From a virus (taxonomy: Duplodnaviria; Caudoviricetes): a stretch of 64,000 bases of DNA. Made by a program: the position numbers and the translations under genes. Under the pieces are notes generated by a model. The model had not been told where the DNA came from and did not search any database. It saw only the letters and a program-made list of their open reading frames with translations. The stretch is from the IMG/VR virus record IMGVR_UViG_3300030433_001574, positions 43,204 through 107,203 of that record, one strand, 5' to 3'. Below are positions 21,362 to 30,025 of the stretch, piece after piece (the first letter of the stretch is position 1; every line of letters starts with the position of its first letter).

Positions 21362-23371
21362 TCAAGAATGCAGCATGGTGTCTCGTGAGACGACACGCAA
21401 AGCCTTTGGTTGAATCTTCAGGGCTGATTTGATAACGCCCTTGTCTTCGGGAACTGGGAGTGGTGCTTCTGTAATGTAAAAGTCATCCAATATGATGTCA
21501 AGTTGCTCACGAGGCGTGTCTGAACCGGGCTTTGTGAATGACAAACGAATGAGGTTACCATCTTGAGATGGGTGGTCTACAGCACGTCGAACCTTGTGAT
21601 ACATCACAGGGTCATCAACAATGATTTCACAGTCCATACTATACTCAGTTTTACCCTCTATGGCAAGAGAAGCGTTACGAGAGCCACCAAACGGCACTTG
21701 GTCAGTAGCACTATCGCTTGTAGCAGCACCGTTAATGGTGTAGAATTGTTGCACACCAGTGTTACCAGTGACCGTAAACGAAACAACTTGACCTACGTTT
21801 ACTCCAGCGATAACAACTGTTCCGTTGTAGAACATGAAAGGCTTCTGTGTGCCTATTTCAATACCAGCCTCTTTTCGTGTAACAGCATCCTTTGCTGTTT
21901 CTTCAAACATACGATGCGTCTTGTATCGGTCACCTTTCGTGCCACTTGAATAGTTGGCTACAGCACTGGTTTCAAGACGACCAGTATCTGTGTAGCAGTG
22001 GGCTGAATCAAAGTTTACGCTCAATCGTAGAGCAGCGTCGGTATCAGCAGTCATAGAGAAGTCCTTGACTTTGCATCCCTTAAACACACGAGTAAGTTGC
22101 TTAGGGTCTGTTGCTCCACCGTCTGTAACATCAGCCTCAGCGCCTTCAACATCACGACGACGAATACTGACTTCCATAGCAAACGATGGTAGAGAGTCAC
22201 GAGAGTAAAGCAATCGACTGATAGGGTAGGTAAGAGCGCCTGTTGATGCACGATGAGGACTGCCTGTGTAGGTTGCTCCTCCTCCGTCTCCTTGATAGCG
22301 AATGATACGCACTTTAGCAGTTGCTTCGTGAGAATAACAAAGACCGTCATCAAGGAAAATACTGTTACCACTGATAGCGGCAATTCTACGAATCTCATTC
22401 TTTTGAGTGGTGTCGAAAAAGTCATCGCCTTCGATGTTCACTGCTCCGAAGGCACTACCAGTTGCAGTTGTGCCTTCACGATGCGTTACAATGTCCTCTA
22501 CCTCTGTGTCGATGATAAGAATGTAATCACCAGCAGCAGCAGCGTCAGCACCACCAAGAGGATTTGCAGCATCGGTAAACTCAAGTGCTCCGCTTACCGT
22601 AATGAGCGATTGACCCTTTTCAACAGCAGCGCCCAGTGTGCGAGTATTGGACATAAGTGCGTCGTATAGAGTTTCAGCAGCACCATTCGCTCTGAATGAC
22701 ACAGACTCCATACCCAAGCAGTAATACAACCATCGTGGATTGTGTAGATTGACTTCAAATGACCCACCTTCATTCAAGAAACGACCCGGCACTTGTATGG
22801 CCGTGTCACGACCAAGACCAACGATATGGTATCGCTTGAGGTCTACCTTTGTTTCAGGTAGTGTCACAGCGGCAGCAAGACCGAGGAACTGGTCAGTAAG
22901 CACACGCTCGCTACTGGAGGCCGCCGTGATGTTCCATCCAGCCATGTTTGCATCAAAAGTCGGTGCGCCAAAAGAGTTGATGATGAGTATGTCATTTGTG
23001 CTTGAACTGACGATTCCTGTTTTCAAAGCAGGGGTAACAGTCAGTTGAGTTCCGTTGGAACTGTGGTTTTTGTGCTCCAAAATAGTGTAAGTGCGACCAG
23101 TATTATGAGAATCATCGGCTTGAAAGTTTGTAATACCGACAATTGAAATCTTGCACCCAACAAGCATACCGACTGGGTATCGCAAGAGTCCTGATTCACA
23201 AGGCAACGAAGAAGCACCGCCTTGAAACCCGATAACACTGGTATTTGCGTTGCTATCTGTAGACACATGCTTGAATAAAAATGACCCAGCAAAGTTGTGT
23301 TTCAATTCTAACGCTGTCTCGTGACCGAATGAAACTTCGGTTAAATCTCCTTTGTATACTGTCGATGGCAT
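21362..23371 (-). CDS. Major tail (tube) protein with inserted domains, 669 aa
   Basis: N-terminal YKGDLTEVSFGHE, internal GCKVKDFSMTAD and C-terminal ITEAPLPVPEDKGVI resemble tail-tube proteins; position between tail terminator and chaperones. Confidence 0.7.
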   Translation of the reverse strand: MPSTVYKGDLTEVSFGHETALELKHNFAGSFLFKHVSTDSNANTSVIGFQGGASSLPCESGLLRYPVGMLVGCKISIVGITNFQADDSHNTGRTYTILEHKNHSSNGTQLTVTPALKTGIVSSSTNDILIINSFGAPTFDANMAGWNITAASSSERVLTDQFLGLAAAVTLPETKVDLKRYHIVGLGRDTAIQVPGRFLNEGGSFEVNLHNPRWLYYCLGMESVSFRANGAAETLYDALMSNTRTLGAAVEKGQSLITVSGALEFTDAANPLGGADAAAAGDYILIIDTEVEDIVTHREGTTATGSAFGAVNIEGDDFFDTTQKNEIRRIAAISGNSIFLDDGLCYSHEATAKVRIIRYQGDGGGATYTGSPHRASTGALTYPISRLLYSRDSLPSFAMEVSIRRRDVEGAEADVTDGGATDPKQLTRVFKGCKVKDFSMTADTDAALRLSVNFDSAHCYTDTGRLETSAVANYSSGTKGDRYKTHRMFEETAKDAVTRKEAGIEIGTQKPFMFYNGTVVIAGVNVGQVVSFTVTGNTGVQQFYTINGAATSDSATDQVPFGGSRNASLAIEGKTEYSMDCEIIVDDPVMYHKVRRAVDHPSQDGNLIRLSFTKPGSDTPREQLDIILDDFYITEAPLPVPEDKGVIKSALKIQPKALRVVSRDTMLHS

Positions 23372-23382
23372 GGCGGCTCAAC

Positions 23383-23829
23383 TCAAGGCACTAACTCCGC
23401 AAAGATAACTACTTCTATCTGAAAGGTCATTCGGAATAAAACCTTCGACCTATCAGATAAGTCGGTTCGGGTCTTGTAAACCATGCGGTCAAAGTTTACA
23501 CCGTCCCCTTTTCTTACTGCGTGAATCAATCTTCGTATCTCGTTTTCCATCAATTGTAGATGCTTACGTCCTTTCGCTGTGCGAGCATCAACAGTGATGT
23601 TGAGACGAGTGGTGACAAAATCATAGAGCAGTTCAGGTGCTTCTTCGTTGTGCGCCGTTTCGTAGCACAGAACGTAATCGTGACGTGACAAATCAATTCT
23701 CTTACCACGCTCAGCACCAAGCGTAGCAATATCGGCTATGATTGGCTTGATGTTACCAGTGTTAGCACGATTCCAGTCATTCAACGTATTGATGACCATA
23801 TCAAGGGATTCAGTAAACGTAGCAACCAT
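23383..23829 (-). CDS. Putative tail terminator/completion protein
   Basis: 148 aa immediately upstream of the tube gene, ending in a beta strand (FRMTFQIEVV). Confidence 0.55.
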   Translation of the reverse strand: MVATFTESLDMVINTLNDWNRANTGNIKPIIADIATLGAERGKRIDLSRHDYVLCYETAHNEEAPELLYDFVTTRLNITVDARTAKGRKHLQLMENEIRRLIHAVRKGDGVNFDRMVYKTRTDLSDRSKVLFRMTFQIEVVIFAELVP

Positions 23830-23833
23830 GTTA

Positions 23834-24202
23834 TCACTCCGCCTTTACCTTCATGTAGGCTGCTTTGTCAGGAAGTAGCATACCGCCTTTGAATACCAAC
23901 TTTTGCTCAATCAACATCGGTGACTCACGAAGCATACGCTTGTCAGCCCTTTCTAAAGCAGCATCGACCTCGTTTTGAGGCGCTGGCTGGCTACCTTTCT
24001 TGTAGCCTTCATCGGTTTTTCTGATACTGCTCATGCCTAATTCTTGAGCCTCTACCTTTTCTCTGTATGCTTGAGGTCGTTGCGTGATGAGAGCACGCAA
24101 CTCTTTCTGATACTTTGCAGTGGACATCTCTTCTGTTAGCAAATCCAAAAACTCTTTTTGCTCCCTCGACATGTTATCACTCAAACACAACAATTTCAAC
24201 AT
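23834..24202 (-). CDS. Hypothetical neck-region protein
   Basis: Protein-like ORF in the operon; probable start MSREQK after GGTGA-like site. Confidence 0.6.
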   Translation of the reverse strand: MLKLLCLSDNMSREQKEFLDLLTEEMSTAKYQKELRALITQRPQAYREKVEAQELGMSSIRKTDEGYKKGSQPAPQNEVDAALERADKRMLRESPMLIEQKLVFKGGMLLPDKAAYMKVKAE

Positions 24203-25739
24203 AACGTGCCAAGATACTGTCTACTTCAGCCCGTAGCAACTGAATCTTTGCAGTCAAATCGACGTTCTGAGTGCCTTCAGGAATCAAGACACTTCGGTCA
24301 TCTGACATCAGAACGTCAATGGCTACCATTTTTGTAGCAGCCTCTTCAATGGCTTTCTCCAAGTATCGCTCACCATAGATGTAAGAACACTTGATAGCAT
24401 TCCATTCAAAGAAAGGATAGGAGTTGTTGAAGTAGATAATACCCATCTCATAGTCAGCCCACCAGTCTCTTAGACGGGCGTTATCACCTTGACTTGAGCC
24501 ACCTTGCAAGTCGATGGTAAAGGTGTCTTGACTAATCTGACCATTAAGGTCTGAAAGAGCGCTTCCTCTGACAACAACGCAGTTGGTAAAAGATGTAGCA
24601 GTCTTTGCGCTGTAGCGGAAAACAGTGTCGCCTTTTACGCAAACGCCAGCATGAGCAAAGGAACTTGTGTCGTCTACATTGACGGTAGTAGATACAACGC
24701 TCGTAATGGTTGCTGTGTGATTGGTGGTTTGCTTGAGTTGGATGTTGCTATCAGTGGTAACAATAGAGCACGTCTCACCACCTTTACCAGCACGCATACT
24801 GGTGACTTTGACAATGCCAGTCCCATAATCAGCGTTTGCTGTAGCAAGGAACTCGTTATCGACATTGATGTTGCTTGAAGAACCCTCCAGTTGATATGGT
24901 GGTGCAAACGCAACCGCTGCTTTGCTTACTCTGTCTTCTTTGTTGATGAGGTCAGCAAGGTTTTGTGCGCTGGTAGCAGGGTCAAAGTCAGCACGCCATT
25001 GAGTGTTACCCGTTCCAATCTCCAGTTCAGCGGCAGAGCCGTTACCTGATGATACTACAATAGCACCTGATAGCGCTCTTACGTCATCAGGGATATGAAT
25101 ACGAGCCTCAGCACTGCATATCTCTCGATAGTCGTCACCCTGCCACAGTTCAAGACGAAGGATTTGTTGGACGTTTCTAAACAAAAGTGGTGCAGTTCCA
25201 ACATAATCTGTGTAGTATCGTCGTCGGTATGGCTTGTATGTGTCGAAGTTGATGTATTCAGCACTTACAAGATAGGGTCGCCAAGCGTTGTGTGTGAGGT
25301 TGTCAATCTTGTCCTGTGCTTCTTTGATACGAGCCTCTACGACTGACTTCTTCATACCACGAGTTTTACCGTTGGTAAACGATGCTGTGTTTTGAACATA
25401 GGTGTTGTCAGCCGCTTGATAATCAGAGGCAGTGATTGTGTCAGAGAAGTTGAGTTGAACACCACTTGCGCTTGTGCCTATTGTTGTAATGACTCTCTCA
25501 ATACCAAGTGGGTCAGCATCTGAGTAGATAAGAATGGTATCACCAGCCTCAAAGCCAATGGTTCTGTAATCAGCGCCAGTAACAAAAACGGCAGTAGTAG
25601 TGCTGTCAGCACTGACTAAAACGGCTTCCTGTGGGCCTATTGAGAGAAAATCAGCGACCTTCTGTGCAGTAGTATAGACAATAGCCGAAGGGTCAAGTGG
25701 TCGTGTTTCAGCCTCACCGGGATTAAACACTATTGGCAT
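24177..25739 (-). CDS. Head-tail adaptor/connector protein with large beta-rich insertions, 520 aa
   Basis: YTTAQKVADFL...VEARIKEAQDKIDNLT at the N-terminus and YIYG...IEEAATKMVAIDVL...ILARY at the C-terminus match the gp6/gp15-type adaptor pattern. Confidence 0.7.
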   Translation of the reverse strand: MPIVFNPGEAETRPLDPSAIVYTTAQKVADFLSIGPQEAVLVSADSTTTAVFVTGADYRTIGFEAGDTILIYSDADPLGIERVITTIGTSASGVQLNFSDTITASDYQAADNTYVQNTASFTNGKTRGMKKSVVEARIKEAQDKIDNLTHNAWRPYLVSAEYINFDTYKPYRRRYYTDYVGTAPLLFRNVQQILRLELWQGDDYREICSAEARIHIPDDVRALSGAIVVSSGNGSAAELEIGTGNTQWRADFDPATSAQNLADLINKEDRVSKAAVAFAPPYQLEGSSSNINVDNEFLATANADYGTGIVKVTSMRAGKGGETCSIVTTDSNIQLKQTTNHTATITSVVSTTVNVDDTSSFAHAGVCVKGDTVFRYSAKTATSFTNCVVVRGSALSDLNGQISQDTFTIDLQGGSSQGDNARLRDWWADYEMGIIYFNNSYPFFEWNAIKCSYIYGERYLEKAIEEAATKMVAIDVLMSDDRSVLIPEGTQNVDLTAKIQLLRAEVDSILARYVEIVVFE

Positions 25740-25843
25740 TTTTTATCCCCCGTTACAAAGCACTTCTTGGTTTTCTCTTCAGCCTCATCGACTTCTTTCG
25801 ACTTAGCATCAAACCATTCATCAAGGAGTTTACAACGGGTCAT
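25730..25843 (-). CDS. Small hypothetical protein, 37 aa (MTRCKLLDEWFDAKSKEVDEAEEKTKKCFVTGDKKCQ)
   Basis: ATGA-coupled to the upstream stop and fills the gap to the adaptor gene; below the ORF-track cutoff. Confidence 0.45.
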   Translation of the reverse strand: MTRCKLLDEWFDAKSKEVDEAEEKTKKCFVTGDKKCQ

Positions 25844-26139
25844 GCTCTTGCCTCCTCATCAATAGAAGCAAGATTGTATTCCATAGGCTTGTTACAAGCA
25901 CCGCATGTTTCTCGCCATAGGAAGTGAAGCATACCACAGTGTTGGCATCGAGTGCCTGAGCCAATGTTGAGAACGTCGCTGGCCTCAAGGTTACGCTTAC
26001 GTTGTTGCGAAGTAATGCCCCTCAGTGGGTTCTCTTCGTCAATGACCTTACCAAGAAGTGTCTGAGCGTCAGAACGAATGCCTTGTTTCTGTAAACGCTC
26101 GATGTCAGAAAGGTCAATCTCTTGTTCCTTCAACGACAT
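25840..26139 (-). CDS. Zinc-ribbon protein, 99 aa
   Basis: CQHCG...CGAC; GGAG RBS. Confidence 0.7.
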   Translation of the reverse strand: MSLKEQEIDLSDIERLQKQGIRSDAQTLLGKVIDEENPLRGITSQQRKRNLEASDVLNIGSGTRCQHCGMLHFLWRETCGACNKPMEYNLASIDEEARA

Positions 26140-26154
26140 ACATACTCCTCACGC

Positions 26155-26328
26155 TCAACTGGTAGTGACAAATATGTAAATGTTACCAAGAACAAGATGG
26201 GGGTCACACGATACACAAGTGTTAGAACCGATAGCAGTGCTAATTGCAGTCGCTATAGCAGTTCTTTCTGTATCGTCTTGAAAATCCTTTGGTGGAAAAG
26301 GCCCAAGAATTGATACTGACTTTGCCAT
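26155..26328 (-). CDS. Small hypothetical (possibly virion) protein, 57 aa (MAKSVSILGPFPPKDF...GNIYIFVTTS)
   Basis: GAGGTGA RBS 6 nt before ATG; fills the operon gap; missed by the track cutoff. Confidence 0.7.
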   Translation of the reverse strand: MAKSVSILGPFPPKDFQDDTERTAIATAISTAIGSNTCVSCDPHLVLGNIYIFVTTS

Positions 26329-26339
26329 TTGCCGTCACC

Positions 26340-26570
26340 TCAAGAGCGACGACCCATAGCAACAAAAGTGCAAGCCGCACCAACATTGAGTGTAGCCCCG
26401 TTGATTCCCGATGTTGGGGCTGGAGCCGCACTACCGATATTGTTCACCATCGCACCGTCAATAGATGCTAAAAGGCTACTCAAGTCAATCGCTTCAGCAC
26501 CATCGGTGCTACCTGTTACAATCATTCGGTCACCAAAGTAGGTTGGTCGTGGGTCAATAGTTACTGCCAT
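26340..26570 (-). CDS. Small putative virion protein, 76 aa
   Basis: Ala/Gly/Thr-rich, GGAG RBS, downstream of MCP. Confidence 0.65.
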   Translation of the reverse strand: MAVTIDPRPTYFGDRMIVTGSTDGAEAIDLSSLLASIDGAMVNNIGSAAPAPTSGINGATLNVGAACTFVAMGRRS

Positions 26571-26572
26571 AT

Positions 26573-26947
26573 TTATTCATCTCCTGTTGTTTCTTCTTCA
26601 GCACTCTCTTCAATCAGTGCCTCTGTCTCTTGAACGCCGTCAGGACTCATAACAGTCTCAACGAGTTCAAGTAGAGTAGTTTTTGTTGCATAGCCCTTTG
26701 GCTTGATGTCATACTTAGCGAGCCATTCTACGATGTCGCCACGCTTCCAACCAGCATCAGGGATGTCGTCGTTTCCTTCATCAACTGATTCATAGCCTTT
26801 GATAATGAAATCATCGCTAAGACGATGACCCCACTTGTCAAGCCATGCTGTCGTGACTTCAAGGGGAACGCCCTTTTTGAAATCAGGATAGTTGCCGTCA
26901 ATGTTCCTTACAGACCAAGAACGACCCATGTAGGTTACCGTAGGCAA
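26573..26947 (-). CDS. Protein with helix-extension-helix (HeH/LEM-like) motif
   Basis: WKRGDIVEWLAKYDIK...ATKTTLLELV; GAGGTGAGG RBS. Confidence 0.6.
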   Translation of the reverse strand: MPTVTYMGRSWSVRNIDGNYPDFKKGVPLEVTTAWLDKWGHRLSDDFIIKGYESVDEGNDDIPDAGWKRGDIVEWLAKYDIKPKGYATKTTLLELVETVMSPDGVQETEALIEESAEEETTGDE

Positions 26948-26958
26948 GTTACCTCACC

Positions 26959-27354
26959 TCAAGAGTAAAACACGAGTAATTGTCCACTGGTCACTGCGCC
27001 TGTTGCTTCAAAGGTAACGGTCTTACCGCTAAAGGAAAGTCCAGCGGTTTGACCGTTGTTTGCTGTGAAGGTTGTAAGAAATGCACCTGTGATTGCACTA
27101 ATGCCTCCACCAAGTTCCACTGTGTTGGAATCAGCGATATTTGCACAAGTGATAATTGCCATCTTTGGTGCTGGTGTGTAACCGTTTGTTGCGTCAGTCT
27201 GTAGCGCATTGAATGAGTCAATGTTACCGGGATAAGTTCCACCACGAGCCAAGTAATCAGTCGTGTCGTGCGACCCTGCTCGTAGTTCCCATGCCCCTGT
27301 AACTGCTGCTGTTAGTGAGCCACCTGCTGCTGTTGCTGTCAATTGTTCTGCCAT
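26959..27354 (-). CDS. Putative capsid decoration/minor capsid protein, 131 aa
   Basis: Immediately downstream of MCP; A/G/T-rich beta composition; GGAG RBS. Confidence 0.55.
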   Translation of the reverse strand: MAEQLTATAAGGSLTAAVTGAWELRAGSHDTTDYLARGGTYPGNIDSFNALQTDATNGYTPAPKMAIITCANIADSNTVELGGGISAITGAFLTTFTANNGQTAGLSFSGKTVTFEATGAVTSGQLLVFYS

Positions 27355-27389
27355 TTTTCATCATCTCCATATTTTTGTGTTTTGTGTCC

Positions 27390-28565
27390 TCACTTCAAGT
27401 CACGAATGCTTGCTTGTGCTCCAAAGAAAGTTGTCCAAATCTCACCCATTGTTCGGTAAAGTCCTTCTTGACCGAGGCGGTTGATTGCGAATGGGTCACC
27501 AGTTTCGATACCTGACTCAAAGTATTGAGTAGGGATTGCTGTGCTGAAATACATGTAGTCAGTGTCCAAGAGATACATACGGCTTAGTCCGTCTGTCTTT
27601 ACAACGTCCTTAGAAGGAATGATTGGGACACCGTTGTAGGTTGCGACAATGAAACCTGCTTCGATACCCGGAACACCCTTTACACCGTTGTAGGTAGGGG
27701 TGACACGCTTCTCTTCCATGAAACGCTGTTGCGCTTGGAGGAGTTGTTGTAGACGCATCAAAGTGTCATATCCAGTTAGGATGACCTTCGGGTTACCACC
27801 ACGTTCCCAAACTTGTTGGAATGTGGTGTCGAGGTGGTCGAGTGAAAGAACACGCTTGTTACCAGCAGTGGTATCAGCAGCGCAGTTTACTTCAGCACTT
27901 GACCAAGTGTTGGTTCGTCGGTCAATACTGTAGATGTCAAGGTCACCGTCGTCAGCGTGGTTGTTACCTGATGTGGTTTTCAAGGTCGTTGCTGAACCTG
28001 AACCGTCAGCGGCTTCAGCAGCGGTGATACGGTCAAGAGACTCAAAGTTGTTACCTGCTGTTGTAGAACAGTCAGTCAAGAGCATCTTGTTTACCATCTC
28101 AGCGTGGTGCTTACCCATCTCTTCCTTGAGAACTGAGCGCATGTCACCAAGACCGTCATCCTTGTCAGCAAGGAAGACAGCGACTTCGCTTACATCGAAT
28201 GAGTGAGCGATGGTCTTTGGCTTTGCAGCAACGTGCTGGAAGACTGGCTTAACAGTCTCAGGTAGTGTGCCGTTCTCAGCGATACCGCCGTGAACTGTGC
28301 CTGAGTTTGGCTTGTCAGTGATGACTCGCCATCCACTTCGCTCCCACGGCTTCTTTGGTAGAATCGAGAATGCGTTGAACTCTTGGTTGAGTTGTGACCA
28401 AACCTTGCGACCATAGATTGCTTGGTATGTTCCAGCGGTGGTGCTTAGCATTGGTGAGTCGGCTTTGAGAAGTTCGCTACCAGTGTATGTGTAACCCATT
28501 GAGTTACCTGCTCCGTAGTAGTATCGCTCCATATCTGTTACTGTCCTTACATAGTTTCGTGCCAT
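27390..28565 (-). CDS. Major capsid protein (HK97 fold)
   Basis: About 391 aa directly after the prohead protease; AIYGRKVWSQLNQE, GIAENGTLP and YNGVPIIPS resemble archaeal tailed-virus MCPs; strongly biased codons. Confidence 0.9.
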   Translation of the reverse strand: MARNYVRTVTDMERYYYGAGNSMGYTYTGSELLKADSPMLSTTAGTYQAIYGRKVWSQLNQEFNAFSILPKKPWERSGWRVITDKPNSGTVHGGIAENGTLPETVKPVFQHVAAKPKTIAHSFDVSEVAVFLADKDDGLGDMRSVLKEEMGKHHAEMVNKMLLTDCSTTAGNNFESLDRITAAEAADGSGSATTLKTTSGNNHADDGDLDIYSIDRRTNTWSSAEVNCAADTTAGNKRVLSLDHLDTTFQQVWERGGNPKVILTGYDTLMRLQQLLQAQQRFMEEKRVTPTYNGVKGVPGIEAGFIVATYNGVPIIPSKDVVKTDGLSRMYLLDTDYMYFSTAIPTQYFESGIETGDPFAINRLGQEGLYRTMGEIWTTFFGAQASIRDLK

Positions 28566-28604
28566 ATTGTTCATCTCCTTTTTTTGTTGTTATTGTATGA
28601 GTCC

Positions 28605-29990
28605 TCACTCACTGCGGTATAGTCCTCCAGCAAGTTGGTGAACTTCGTCCCAACTCATGTTTGCCAAGTCTTGTGTGCTTGGCACTTCAATGGCTGGGGT
28701 GGCTGACTTAGCGATTGTTTCGCCAGCGCCACTGGAAAGGTTGTCGATTCGCTCATTAAGTGCTCCGAGAGCCTTCATGACTTCATCGAGAGGGCCACGA
28801 GCGTCGAACTCTGCTGCTTGAGCCTTTGCGAGTTCAGCAGCGGATTCTTGAGCGTATCGGCCTTCAAAGTTTTGTTCAAGGGACTTGCGGAACTCTTCTT
28901 CTTGCTTTGCAGCCTTGAAGACTCCGTATGCCTCTTCGATTCGGTGAGCGTCGATGTCATGACCAGTAATGAAGTCAGACTTTTCGATGCTTCCACCACC
29001 GCTTAGTCCAGCACGCTGGATAGCGTTGGTAGATGGGTTGCCTCCTTCTTGAGCACGACCCTTGACTTGTCCAGCAAAGTAATCAGCACCATCGCCAATT
29101 GCTTCAGGGGTAGAACCGAGGTTTGCTTTTGCTACTGTGTCGAAGTGAGCACGAGCAGCGATTGTATCAACACCTGCGGATTTGAGAGTGTTTTCCATCC
29201 AGTCGAGATATTCAGAAGTAATAACGTCAGAGAACTCAGACTTCATCTTGTCGTCTTTCTTCTCATCCTTCTTGTCGTCTTCTTTGTCTTCCATGTAGTT
29301 ACCCTTTTCCTTGTCGTCTTTGTCCTCAGATTCTTCTTTCTTTTTCTTCTGAGCGTCTTTCAAGGCTTGAGGTAGTTCTCCTTTCTCCATAGAGTCCAGT
29401 CGTCCCTCAAGTCGGGTCAATACATCGTTCATTTGTTCCATTACATCGTCGGTCATTTTGTTCACCTTGTTTTTGTCTTCCTTTAGTATGTTGAATGTGG
29501 CTTCGGGGTTAATTCCTTTTTCGCATATTGTGATTTCGTGTAGTTCCAGTTTTGATATTTCTTGATATGAGCCGTGGGATTTGTCGCTTTTGTTTACTCG
29601 CTTGAATGCTTGTCCTCCGATACTGAATCCTGTTAGGTTTCCTTTTCGGATTTCACTTGCTACTTCTCGTGCCTTCTCGATGTCGTTTCTTAATTTTACC
29701 ACAACAAACATTCCAGCATCGTCTACTTCGCTTTTCCACAACCTCCCTTGATTATCTGTATAATTTGAAATTACTTCTCCTACTTGTATATTTGAATGTG
29801 CTAATTGGACGTTTCGATACTTTGGGTCTGACATGAATTTTTTGAAAGCGTCTTTCAATGCTGCCCTTGTAATTAAATCTCCTTGCTTGTCTACGAGTTC
29901 AACAGAGGCATACCCTGCCACAATGAGGTCATTGACCCCCTTGAGGAGTTCGATACCATTTCTCCGCTGACTTCGCAACACACTATCCAC
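28605..29990 (-). CDS. Prohead maturation protease fused to scaffold
   Basis: IVAGYASVELVDKQGD...QLAHSN..VG...LTGFSIGG...LHEITICEKGINPEATF (S78/HK97-like His-Ser); C-terminal charged coiled-coil region. Confidence 0.9.
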   Translation of the reverse strand: MDSVLRSQRRNGIELLKGVNDLIVAGYASVELVDKQGDLITRAALKDAFKKFMSDPKYRNVQLAHSNIQVGEVISNYTDNQGRLWKSEVDDAGMFVVVKLRNDIEKAREVASEIRKGNLTGFSIGGQAFKRVNKSDKSHGSYQEISKLELHEITICEKGINPEATFNILKEDKNKVNKMTDDVMEQMNDVLTRLEGRLDSMEKGELPQALKDAQKKKKEESEDKDDKEKGNYMEDKEDDKKDEKKDDKMKSEFSDVITSEYLDWMENTLKSAGVDTIAARAHFDTVAKANLGSTPEAIGDGADYFAGQVKGRAQEGGNPSTNAIQRAGLSGGGSIEKSDFITGHDIDAHRIEEAYGVFKAAKQEEEFRKSLEQNFEGRYAQESAAELAKAQAAEFDARGPLDEVMKALGALNERIDNLSSGAGETIAKSATPAIEVPSTQDLANMSWDEVHQLAGGLYRSE

Positions 29991-30009
29991 TCCTGTGTTT
30001 GTTCACCTA

Positions 30010-30020
30010 CATAAATAAAG
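30010..30020 (-). promoter_or_regulatory. TATA-like box upstream of the protease-MCP operon
   Basis: Minus strand reads CTTTATTTATG about 20-30 nt before the protease start. Confidence 0.5.
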
Positions 30021-30025
30021 CGGCA

